This document shows positions 1 to 10,232 of a stretch of 42,654 nt of DNA, in pieces. The position numbers and the translations under genes are program-made. The DNA comes from Trypethelium eluteriae (lineage: Eukaryota), in the NCBI GenBank assembly GCA_051942245.1, contig JAVECL010000149.1:1-42654 (forward strand). The letters are read 5' to 3'. Position 1 is the stretch's first letter. Every line of letters starts with the position of its first letter. Under the pieces are notes generated by a model. That model did not search any database. It saw nothing but the letters and a program-made list of their open reading frames with translations, and was not told the origin of the DNA.

Positions 1-141
1 ATCTTTCAAAAAAATCTTTTTTTTATTATTATCTAAAATTTCTAATAATTACTTATATCAATTGCTGAGTTATTTGGTTTTAAATAACATGAAAAAAGTG
101 TGCAGGTGGTGCGCCCGTGCAGGTGGTGCGGAAAACTTCTA
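1..141. mobile_element. Terminus of an AT-rich (RIP-like) DNA transposon, probably pogo/Fot1-like; continues beyond the window
   Basis: Very AT/TpA-rich 1-95, then the tandem motif TGCAGGTGGTGCG twice (101-130) and a TA at 140-141. AGGTGGTGCGC is the reverse complement of GCGCACCACCT beside the TIR of the element at 375-2524. Confidence 0.55.
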
Positions 142-283
142 TTCGTGGAGCGTGCATGCACAAAACTTGAACGGCGATCTAATTCCCGAATGCCGAGCCG
201 TGCTCTGTCCTTACTCCTGAATAAATGCCCAGCATTAACGCTTCCAACCACAAGAAAGAAGCATTTTTGAAGCTACCAAGAAG

Positions 284-3200
284 ATGGACTCCAGTGGCGA
301 CCAAAAACCGTCTTTCGCTGCACTTATTAAAAGCATGGACAGTGTTGACGAAAGCGCGTTGAGGCACGACAATATCCATGGTTCCCACCTCCTGCAGGCC
401 ACCACCTCCTGCAGGCGCACCACCTTCCAATCTCCACCCTTTCAATTAATTATTACTCCACCACCACTCTATTAAAAATTGTGATAACTAGATGTAATGT
501 ACTATTGAATGCGCTCTATCTACTGATTAGGTTGAATTAACTCTTAAATTGCTGTGGGAGTTGTAGTTGCCGGCGAGGTCGCGCACAAGAAGAATCCACA
601 CTGCTTACTTTAGGTGCCTTAATTACTTCCACCTTTTTAATTACTGAATTGGGTAATTGTGAGGCTTTTGGCGTGGTGTTTTGAGCTACTTATAGCTTAT
701 TTATAAGCTGTTTAGTGGCCTTATTTTACTGCTAAGCCTGCTCCTTTTATAGGGCCTTTAAGCGCTTCTGTCTTGCTGCCTCCTCTTTTATAATAGCTGC
801 TTAATGCTTTTATTGCTTAATTTTAAGTGCTTTAATCTGTTTATTAAGTGCTTTTTGTGTTTTTATAACCTCCTTTTTAGCAAGTTTTTAAGCTTGTTTA
901 ATCTTTTCGGCCTTCTTTTTATTAAGCTGTGCTTAGATCCTTACTGGTAATAAGAACTCAGCTTTTATAACCTTAAATAGCTTAAATACTGGCTTAGGTT
1001 TATGCTTTTAGCTTTATAATAATTATACAGTCTTATGGAGGTTTGCTATTTTGTGATTTAAAAGCTTAACTTTAGCAGCGAGGCTAAGGTAGCTGTTTAT
1101 AAGCTGCTTAGCAGTAAATAATTTCTAAAGCCCTAGAGCTTAATTAATAAGGTTTTTAGCATACTAATAACTTTGAATCTTTATAAGTAATAGCTTTTTA
1201 GCACTGCTTAATTATTTAGATTAAGGTTGGCATAGCTTATTAAGTACTATAAAAGGATTAAATAAATTTAGCCCTATTTTAGTCTAATTACTTTGAATAT
1301 TTAATTCCTTAAAAGCAGCCTACCAGGCCTTCTTAAAATAAGGATAAAAGTCTCTCTTAAAGAAGTGGATTAAGCTATAATGCTTTATAATCCATTTATT
1401 AAGCTCTGCTAAATAATAAGTTGCTAATAATTTAAATAAACTTATATTAAGTAATTAAAGTTAATAAGTTAAATAAGGTGGGAACTTTGCTATATAAATT
1501 TAGTATTTTAAATAGTAATCTAAAAAGGCCATAAATAAATAGCTATTATAGCTATCTATAAATAGAAGCTATAAATCTTTTTTATTTTAAGCTTTCTGCT
1601 TTATAAAGCAGTTAAATATATTAATTAGCTATTTAATACTTAATTCCTTATTTATCCAGCCACTTAATAAGCTTGCAAAAAATGTAATATCCTCCTTTAG
1701 ATTAAACCCTTTAAGCCATAAGTCTTAAATATTAAAAGTATTTATTAAGTAAATTAAACCAGCAGGTAATATAATTCTATTTATGCAGATACCTGCAAGC
1801 ACTGTAATCCAATCTTTATTGCTATTCTATCCAGCACCAATTAATTTACCTTAATTATAGACTTCTTTATTAAATATTTAATACTATTTTTATAAGCACC
1901 CAATTAAAAAGCCCTTTTTATCCAAATTATATGTATTTTTAAGTAGGATGCTATATTGCTTAATTTTTAAGTAAGTCTGCTTAAATATTAGTACCTTAAC
2001 CATTACTTTTTTAGACACTTATTAGATTAAAATAAAGCTTAATCTGCGTAAAATTATCTGCTTAAACTTAATTAAGGTTAATCGCACTTATAAAATTGCT
2101 AGATAGCTTAGAAGTATGGAGGTTTATAAAGCGCGAAACCCAGTTCTTTTTAGGGTAAAATCCAGTAATATTCTCGCACCAAATTTATACCATTCCTAGC
2201 ATAAAAGGAATCCCCCAATATGTAAGTGCATTAATATAATTAATTAGGACCCGCTGCTATTGTGTTAAGAGGTTAGCATTGGTATCTGCTTAAGCAATGG
2301 CTCAGTCATAAGTTAACCCTCTATGGCGTCGCGACAACGTCGAATCGCATATTCCGAATTTTCTGGCTATAGCAGCATAATCTTTCGCGCCTCGCGATTC
2401 TAAATCTGCAATCGCCTCATCAATTGGAGCCATACCGGTGGAGTTAAAAATTATTGAAGATGTGTGTGCGGTTCGAAAAATTGCCTGCAGAAGACGATAG
2501 CCTGCAGGAGGTGGGGCGGACGAATACCACAAAAGCTCAACTAGCTGCCTCAGCTCTTCGTCTAAATCAGAGGTTAGAACTGCCTTGGCAGAGGATTGCC
2601 CGATTGTTCTACGCAGAGGTATGCGGTATCTGTAGAGTAATGCCGCTCATCTTTTCTCACACTTGGTTAGCCATTTCTTGCGATATCCATACAAATAGCA
2701 AATCATATGCATTTGTTCAAAACTTTACACGAGCAAGAAGGTTCCAGAACAGTCGATGACTTGGCTCATTCCCTGGGCAGGGATCCGAGTTTTATTCGGC
2801 GAATCCTGAGGAGCTTAAGCGCAGGGAAAATTCTTGAGCAGCATGGCTCTGATGCCTACTTCAGTACGCCTTTGTCTGAGGTCTTGTTAGTACCCGAGGC
2901 TGTTCATGCGATTGATTTTCTGTTCGAAAGTGGATATCCTTACTTTGCACTGATCCCAGAGTATATTCAGAGTATCGGTTTTGTTAGTCCGGCCGATCAA
3001 GGAGCATGGCAAAACTTTCGAAAGACAGATATGTCAATATATGAGTGGCTGGACACTCATCCCGAGGAGATGATGAATTTTGTCGGGCTGATGAAGGTCT
3101 GGAGTGAATCTCAGGAGCCATGGATCGAACTATATCCCGCCGACTCCCTTCTGGATAGTGCCGATAAGCAAGGTACTATCTTAGTCGATGTTGCTGGGGG

Positions 3201-3672
3201 TGGAGGACGCGATATCAATAATTTTCTTGGAAGATACCCTCAAACCGCTGGACGACTGGTGTTGCAAGACCGACCTGAAGAGGTGAAAGCAGCAAAAATA
3301 CAGCAGGGAATAGAAAGAATGCCCCACGATATCTTTACCCCACAGCCAATCAAAGCAGCTCGGGCATATTTCTTACATTCTATTCTTCACAATTATACAG
3401 ATGAGCGAGCAAGAGATCTACTTGGACATCTTAAGAAGAGCATGAATCCCGGATATAGTAAGGTACTGGTGTATGAGGACACCGTCAGCAATCAAGATCC
3501 AAAGGAACTTAGCTGCGGATCGGACCTTGTTATGATGGCCACATTTGGGACTGGCGCTCGCACTGAATTAGACTGGGAACTTCTCTTTGATAGTGTGGGG
3601 CTGAAACTGAATAAGACCTTTCGATCAACCAGGGGAAGTCAGTGTCTCATGGAACTCGAGCTGGTGACGTGA
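284..3672 (+). pseudogene. SAM-dependent O-methyltransferase (Methyltransf_2/OmtA-like), ~394 aa when reconstructed, interrupted by a transposon; parts 284-374, 2527-2618, 2671-3672
   Basis: ORF 2707-3672 has VDVAGGGGRD, VLQDRPE, HDIFTPQP and AYFLHSILHNY motifs. Intron 2619-2670 (GTATGC..TTAG) joins in frame to ..LELPWQRIARLFYAE|PFLAIS... Removing 375-2526 restores ..ALRHDN-TTKAQLAA.. in frame with the ATG at 284. Confidence 0.88.
375..2524 (-). mobile_element. Fot1/pogo-family (Tc1/mariner) DDE DNA transposon, RIP-inactivated
   Basis: Imperfect 42-bp TIRs at 375-416 and 2483-2524 (about 31/42 identical, 16-bp perfect core CCCACCTCCTGCAGGC) and TA duplications at 373-374 and 2525-2526. The minus strand reads an HTH (MAPIDEAIADLES..IARKFGICDSTLSRRHRG, ATG 2433) and decayed DDE_1 motifs YNLDKKGFLIG, NKDWITV, SGWINKEL, LLFIDSYNSY and FPPYLTY*L*LLNISLF, with many TAA/TAG stops. 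Confidence 0.93.
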
Positions 3673-4411
3673 TGCCAGAAGATCGAACAGATGATAGAAC
3701 CAAGAAGTTACTAGTTTGTAGATTGAGTGAGGTCCCACTAAGACAGAGAATTGTATCAGGCGTTACATTCTCAGTTATCTGGATCGATGTTTTCCACACG
3801 GGTAGAAGCTCCGCGAGGCCTAGAATTCCACAATAGTGAAGAGTCCGTAAAAGCAAAAGCTCCGCAAGAGAGTCCTATACAGGCGCTTGAACTAATTAGG
3901 TAAGTTTCTCTCACAAGGATTGATTCTCGAAAACGTAGGAAACAGTCTTAATTGGAATGATATGAAATGATGCAAGATGAGAAATGTTTCAGATGGATGC
4001 CACAGGTATCCTTAGGTGTCGCACTACTACTCTGTACCTTCTCAAGTATTTACCTCACTCTTCCGACCTCCGGTATCTCGTACGCGTTATGTTGCAATCA
4101 TTGTTTGAGGAGAATCTTAACGACCGCACTTTCGCGTTGTTTCGCAATAGGTTTTAAAGTTTAAAGCAGCATCCATAGGCCTTGACCGCTGAATGTTGCG
4201 GTGTTCTCACACCTTGCCTTGTTGAAATATCAGTGCCAATCGCATCTTGCTTTTCCAAAATCATTTGAACATTTTCGCACAAAATCTCCTGCCACATTGT
4301 TATCAGTTTCTTGATCAAGGAACACGGCGTTGCTCTCAGTGTAGTTTTTCTAACTTCCTATCGCCACTAATACCACTTCGAGCTACTATCTTACCGTGTG
4401 CCCTGCAAAGG

Positions 4412-5490
4412 ATGGCTGCTACTAACAGGGAAGAAGAGCAGAATTTTCAAAAGACGCAAGATAATGCCCAGGGAAAGGTTTGCAACAATCACAAAAAAAG
4501 AACCTCAAGCGATCTCAGAATTTGCAGTTTAAAGTGTTTCAGCAACAGCTCGATCAGAAGTTCCACGCCAGCGACCCTCTCGATGGTGGCAGGAAGAGGC
4601 GGGTGAAAGCCGTGGCTCTCGATGCGCTACAATTCATCAAGCTTCTCGGGGGCGTGGCAGTACAAGGCGATTCAACTGTTTTTTTGAGCCTGCCATCCGT
4701 TGTTTCGACGAAATGCAATTCTTGATCGATATCCCAGGAAAGATCTCCAAGTTCTCCAAATTCTACGGGGAGCTTGCGCAGCTCTCTGAAGAAATCGTAA
4801 CATACATGCAGCAGTTCAAATCTACCAAAAGATCGAAGAATTTGCCGACATCGACATCGAGCTCCGACGTAGTAGTCAAAAGCTCATGGGGACCTTTGTC
4901 AACATCTGTGCGACTTAAATAAAGCGCCTCACTGGCTAAAAGTGGCAGAAGCTCAAGGATTCTACGAAGCTTGTGCTCTTTGACAATGACTCGGGACTGC
5001 ATGCTCAAATCGAAGCCTTCAGACGACTTGTAGACCATCAAAGACAGATCCAGGAGGCAGTCACGCTTGAGCATGTCCTGGAATCTCAACATGACGCTTC
5101 TAGCCCGAAGAAAGAGTTGTTTAATTGGCTGAGCAAAGAATCGGAAGAGGGCGGAAAACGTCTTGATGGAATTCAAGATGGCCTGAAGATCACACGAGAT
5201 GCCCTCAATCAAGACATCAGTAAACGAATTCGAGTTACAGAGGCGAAGAAACTGGTGAGTGAAATCTGTGACCATCTTGAAGTCAAACATGAGTCCGTCG
5301 ACAAGATTGAAGAAGAGCTTCGAGCCAAACAAATTAATTGCGCTCAAGGCACAGGAGAGTGGCTGAATGAAGTTGAGACTTTTACTCGATGGATGAATTT
5401 CAGAACCAGCGCCCGGTCTACACTCTTCATTACTGGAAAAAAAAAAATCCGGAAAATCGACCCTAATGTTAGTGACATCGAAAAAGCTCA
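4412..5490 (+). pseudogene. Relic of a fungal NLR/STAND gene: N-terminal Goodbye-like helical domain plus the start of a NACHT NTPase, truncated after Walker A
   Basis: Pieces across frames read ERFATITKKNL..LQFIKLLGGVAVQG..FLIDIPGKISKF..LFDNDSGLHAQIEAFRRLV..CAQGTGEWLNEVETFTRW..TLFITG[KKKSGKSTL]. There are several frameshifts and in-frame stops, and no Walker B or repeat domain downstream. Confidence 0.72.
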
Positions 5491-5830
5491 AGATTCAAAG
5501 CACAGTCTTGGCTGGCAAGGTATACCACCTTCAAAAGCCGATAAAGTCACATATTACACCCTACCTCCATTCGACATTGGTAAGGTTCAGTGGATACATT
5601 GTGCTTATCCTTCTCCTTCAGACAAAGAAGTGAAATCGGCTACAATATATCAAAATGCATTTGTGTTTTGAGAGACTGGAATTTGTTGCCACTACGGAAA
5701 ATCGCTGAGGCGAAAAGGTAGCTGTCCCTAGGTGATCAAGTGCACCTCGCCTTGCTCCTCCCCTTACCGCCTTGAGCCTGGATCTACTGTGGAGAGATTG
5801 TCCTTGTTTAATGGTTCATGATACGCTAGG

Positions 5831-6680
5831 TTAAGCAAAGAAGGGTGTCTTGTCACCCTGACAAACGGTGCCTGGAGGTGGAAGTGTACCATCGACAAGG
5901 TAAGCACGAAAATGGCTCCAGACACATTGAGGGGGTACATTCAATGAGCTGTGGCCTGTGCCGTTTACTGTCAATACAGTCGAGCCGCGGAATTGCGAGG
6001 ATATCTTCACCACACGGCGATGTGGTGCGACCGAATCCTTAGTATTGCCAACGAACAATATCGGGTTGCTGCTATGGTTTGCCCCTGCATAGCCGCTAGA
6101 TACTTGACTTTCAGGGGGCCAGGTGTCGAGCATGCGGCGCGCAGCATCGCCTAGAGCACATTTGTAAGCGAGTCGCCACCGTAGAAGCTTTGATTCAGTT
6201 GGTATGCGATATGGAGGCTGTATTCCGCAAACTTTGACACTGTATATCGGCCATTTGCGTCGATACATGCAACCTGTCCCCCTATCTGGCCAAGGGCGTA
6301 CTCGTCGCATATGTTGTAAGCAGTGGTATGGGTCTTCTCGGAGGTGGATCGCCCTTACGCCGCTAGACTTGTGCCATTACGCTGCTCCAAATCGTTGAGT
6401 ACGGTAGCAAGGGTAGGAAAGTCCTGCTATGCGCTGTAAAATAGAGAGAAGAAAATAGCTTTGAGGTCGCGCTAATCGAGGAAGGTAGGCGACGTCGAAA
6501 TTGAGGGGTCAGAGATGAGGATCGGCCGTTCTTGGAGGTCCTCCAATATTTTGAGATATCGTCGCTCAATTTGCTTTGGACTTGTGGAGTTCCCGTGGAA
6601 GGCGCAGCGTTTGAGACCTGCTTCAAAACAGCATGTAAAGAAAGTTCCAGCTACTCTACCGGTTGTAAGCCAAGCTTGGT
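5831..6680 (-). pseudogene. Degraded TAP-like alpha/beta hydrolase (peptidase S33, Abhydrolase_4 C-terminus)
   Basis: C-terminus PILFVGNTKDSVAP..GSTVLTVNGTGHSS..CVWSHFRAYLVDGTLPPPGTVC. An upstream fragment CFEAGLKRCAF..IERRYLKILEDLQERP lies in another frame with stops. No catalytic Ser region was found. Confidence 0.78.
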
Positions 6681-7024
6681 TCTCGAGTGATGCAGACTAC
6701 GACGTCATAACGGTGGATAGCTTTGGAGCTCAAGTCGTAAGAGCTGTGCGGATCGCAATCGGTGGCGCTATAGAACGTTAGTTTTTGCGAGTTATTTAGA
6801 CGTCTAACGGAAAACTGGATTGCTTGCCTCCCAGGTACGTACTGTTTCGAACGACGACGCTCATTAGGTGCCCAGATAAGTCAATTCTAGGCTAGGCTAT
6901 AGATCGTAATCCAAGCCACTGGCTCAACTTCGGCTTGGCCATTGCCTAGGCTACCGCGCCACTCCGTTTCCGTCTGTCTATGTTTTGCTCATTCCCCCAC
7001 GATGGATTGTGTTCTTCATCAGAC

Positions 7025-8283
7025 ATGTCTTCCATTAAACCACGATTGAAGCTTTCTAGTGGACGCGCCCGCATGTTTGAGCCCCTTATTATTCGACATC
7101 CACACTACGATGAGTTCAATACTCTCCTCAAGCTTCCTGCTCTTGGCAAAGAAGATACGATTGATTACAATACTGCACTAATAATCTGCGGTATAATTTG
7201 CGACAATAGTTACAACTCAGGCTGGTTAGCACGATCCAGAGATGGAACGCGTGCTTGCGATCCAAAAGTGCCATTAGGCGCTGGGGAGGTTTACTACTTT
7301 GCGACATCGGACAAAAGCTGTAAGTGGATCCCTGTTGTCCAGATGTCATTAAAATCCTAAAGGAATTGTCTTCAACAGATAGATATCCGATATGTCCTAG
7401 TTGGGACGAATGGCTTTTACCTTCGATCGACTCTGCGCTTCCATCTGCATTTGCTTCGTTTGCAATACCTCCTCCGCCTCCTTCTCTTGGCAATGGTGGT
7501 TACATGGATGATCTTAAGTTGAGGGACGCCTCTTGCCGGATGACAGATACATACGATTGCTGCGAGCAGGCACATTTGGTCCCAGCATCGGCGCGAGACT
7601 GGTGGGAAAAGAACATGGCGAACATATCTGGATTTGAAATTGAATCGGCCCAGAATGGGATGCTACTTCGTACCGATCTTCATCGATTACTTGATTCTGG
7701 CGCTTGGGTACCAATGGTCAAAGAAGACAAGATGGTTCTCCACGTGCTCCGTAATACCAGCGTATCCAATCAATTCATAGAGCAATACCACGACCGGGAA
7801 ATGCAGCCATTGATCGGAATCAACATGAGGTGTCTATTCGCTCGCATCGCATATAGCGTTCTCCCGATGCTCTCGGAGTTCCTTTCCGCCCGACGACTGG
7901 CAAGAGAAAACACGTTGTTTAAGATTGACGGAGAAGTAAAAGAATGGACCCCAGAGGCTTGTAAAAGTTTCAAGATAAAGCCTCGCTCGCGAAACCCAAG
8001 TCCAACAAAGCCACCTCGGCTTGAACAGGTTGAGGAAAATGGCTTGGTTGTAAGCGCTTCATGGCACGATGATCATGAAGACGAGGACTATGACCATATC
8101 AATTCCATGGCTATCGATGGTGCTTGTGACGATGACGACTCGCCGCGTGGCCGCAAACGTCAGCGGAGCTCCTCTCGATATTGTAACTCCCTGCCGAAAC
8201 GGGTGCGTGGATTGACGGCCTCAAAAGATCGACATCAGCTACACAAACCCTTGGTCGAATACCCAAGTCCTGTCTCATCCTAA
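7025..8283 (+). CDS. Fungal HNH endonuclease domain protein (HNH_2-like), ~399 aa; exons 7025-7319 and 7379-8283
   Basis: N-terminal IIRHPHY..ALIICGIICDNSYNSGWL and RYPICPSWDEW blocks. HNH core RDASCRMTD..EQAHLVP..WWEKN..NGMLLRTDLHRLLD. Intron GTAAGT..CCTAAA..CAACAG (7320-7378) keeps the frame. Confidence 0.85.
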
Positions 8284-8660
8284 ATCTTATCCCCTATCGA
8301 TGGAAACGTTCTCCACGGTTCGAAACGCTATTCTACTCCAAGAGGACCTATTTCGAAACGACGAATTAATATGCGTCATCCAAGTTTCGCTCCGGCTTTG
8401 ATGAGGTTGCTACGAGTCGACCGACCTTAATTCAGTCTACTTTCGGGCCCCTATCTACGGACTAGTCTAATTCAATACGCTTGAAACCCTCCAGGATCTA
8501 TTATCTTGAAATGGCTGGGACCTATTTCTAGGACGCCGACACTATTCCCCAGGTTTTGGAAATGACCGGCGCTAAGACTAAGAATCCTGAAACAAACCCG
8601 CAATGCCAAGCTCGGGCCTTGTCTCTAGATAATTCAATTTACGAATTTGGCAGGAGAACC

Positions 8661-8770
8661 CCTGGAACGAAGGTGTTCTGGAAACTGCTGCCCTGGGACA
8701 GTGGGAGTCCTGGGACAGAGGGAGTCTTGGTACAGGAGGAGTTCTGGGACGAATTGTCACCGGGACGAAT
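8661..8770. repeat. Degenerate ~17-bp tandem array (YCTGGGACAGWGGGAGT-like), 4 clear units plus 2-3 degenerate ones
   Basis: cctgggacagtgggagt (8692), cctgggacagagggagt (8709), cttggtacaggaggagt (8726), tctgggacgaattgtca (8743), ccgggacgaat (8760). Confidence 0.75.
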
Positions 8771-9204
8771 GCCAATAAATACGGCAAACTAAGACTTATA
8801 GCGGAATTCAATGCAGATTGGGCTATCTTTAAGTGCTCAGCAGCAATACCAACAGTTCACGCTTCCTTCCCTGCCTCCGCTTCCTGCTACTGCTACTATT
8901 CCTCCTATAACCTCCGTTATATCAGAAATTTCTGAACTACAACTTAGGCAGCTACTCTTTTCTGTCCTAGCAGTCTCCTTCATCACCGTTCCATGCTACT
9001 CCTTCGCTAGTTTTGATATCGGCGCCAACGAATCCTGCTGTAACAGTCCTAACCTCCGCTCTGCCGTATCAGACCAAGCCCGTTGACCAAGGTATCGTGA
9101 CACCATTCTCTTCGGAGACAAGCCAGACAACGATATCCTCTCGTTATACGTCGAATGGTCATGGTAAGCAGCGCGCAGCGCTGCTCCGAGCGTTCTTCGT
9201 GCAA

Positions 9205-9414
9205 GAGCCTGAATTTGCTGAGATAAGTAGCTGTAGAGTACTGTCACTTCTCTTTTCTCACACCTGGCTGGCCAATTCTTGCAATATCGATACAAATAGT
9301 AAATGGTGTGCATTTTTTCAAAATATTGCACGCGTAAGAAGGTCCCAGAACAGTCGATGACTTGGCTCATTCCCTGGGCAGAGATCTGAGCTTTATTCGG
9401 CGGATCCTGAGGAC
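9205..9414 (+). pseudogene. Diverged fragment of the O-methyltransferase gene (intron plus start of exon 2), paralogous to ~2605-2812
   Basis: Shares CTTTTCTCACAC and CCAGAACAGTCGATGACTTGGCTCATTCCCTGGGCAG..TTTATTCGGCG.ATCCTGAGGA with 2651-2812. The splice donor is lost and there are an indel and a stop. Confidence 0.85.
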
Positions 9415-9494
9415 TATTCCATATTCATCTAGGATTGCATTGAACAGCACAATCACTCATGAGTACTCTACATGTGGCCAACAGGGCTCAATTT

Positions 9495-9840
9495 TTCTCA
9501 CCTCTGCGCAAGTTTCTTCTCTCTGTGTAGGTCCCTCACTTCTGCGCAGGTACCTTATCTCTGCGAAGGTCTTTTATCTCCACGTAGGTCTCTCGTCTCT
9601 GCATGGGTCCCTCACCTCTGCGAAGTACACCAGGTTTCTCATCTCTACACAGGTTCCTCATCTCTACGTAGTTCTCTTGTCTCTACAAAGGTGTCTCATC
9701 TCTATATAGGTATCTTATCTCTATGGAGGTTCATATGGATCTCTAATCTCCATGCGGGCCTATATAGAGACAAGAGGCCTCACGCAGAGATAGGGGACCT
9801 ACGCAGAGGTGAGGGACCTGTGCAGAGACGAGAGACCTAC
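9495..9840. repeat. 19-bp minisatellite (AGGTCTCTCATCTCTGCGC-like): ~13 forward units followed by 4 inverted units; fold-back/MITE-like
   Basis: Forward units start at 9510, 9529, 9548, 9567, 9586, 9605, 9632, 9651, 9670, 9689 and 9708; reversed units span 9761-9838. 9584-9622 and 9802-9840 are inverted repeats matching at 37/39. Confidence 0.9.
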
Positions 9841-10232
9841 TAATTACCTAATTCCTTACTCTATGCAGCTACATGTATACTTCCGAAGCGTGATCAATAG
9901 GCCTCGACCACTGATTGTTGCATTGTCCTCACACCTAGCCTTGAAATGGATTTTGACCATTCAGAGTTTTCTCGCGAGATTTCAAACGTACCAAATTTGG
10001 AAGGTGTTGCGTTGCTATTGGTTGTTGAAGGAATACGTGCTTATACAATTGATCAGCCATTACCGCCATTCAAAATACCCGCAGGGCTCTCTCAGAAACC
10101 AGCCACTCTCAGTTGCCGAACGCCTTGCTGCCCCTGCCAAACCTTATGACCAGAGATGAACCTGATGCAATAGCTGTAGTCCCCATAAATGCTGAGCCAA
10201 CCGCTGACGCCGAATTCGAAGAGGAGGATGCA

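Noticed and set aside
4763..5491. 242-aa minus-strand ORF
   Set aside because: Antisense shadow of the NACHT relic.
9495..9840. CRISPR-like array
   Set aside because: The units are contiguous and degenerate with no unique spacers, there are no cas genes, and the context is eukaryotic.
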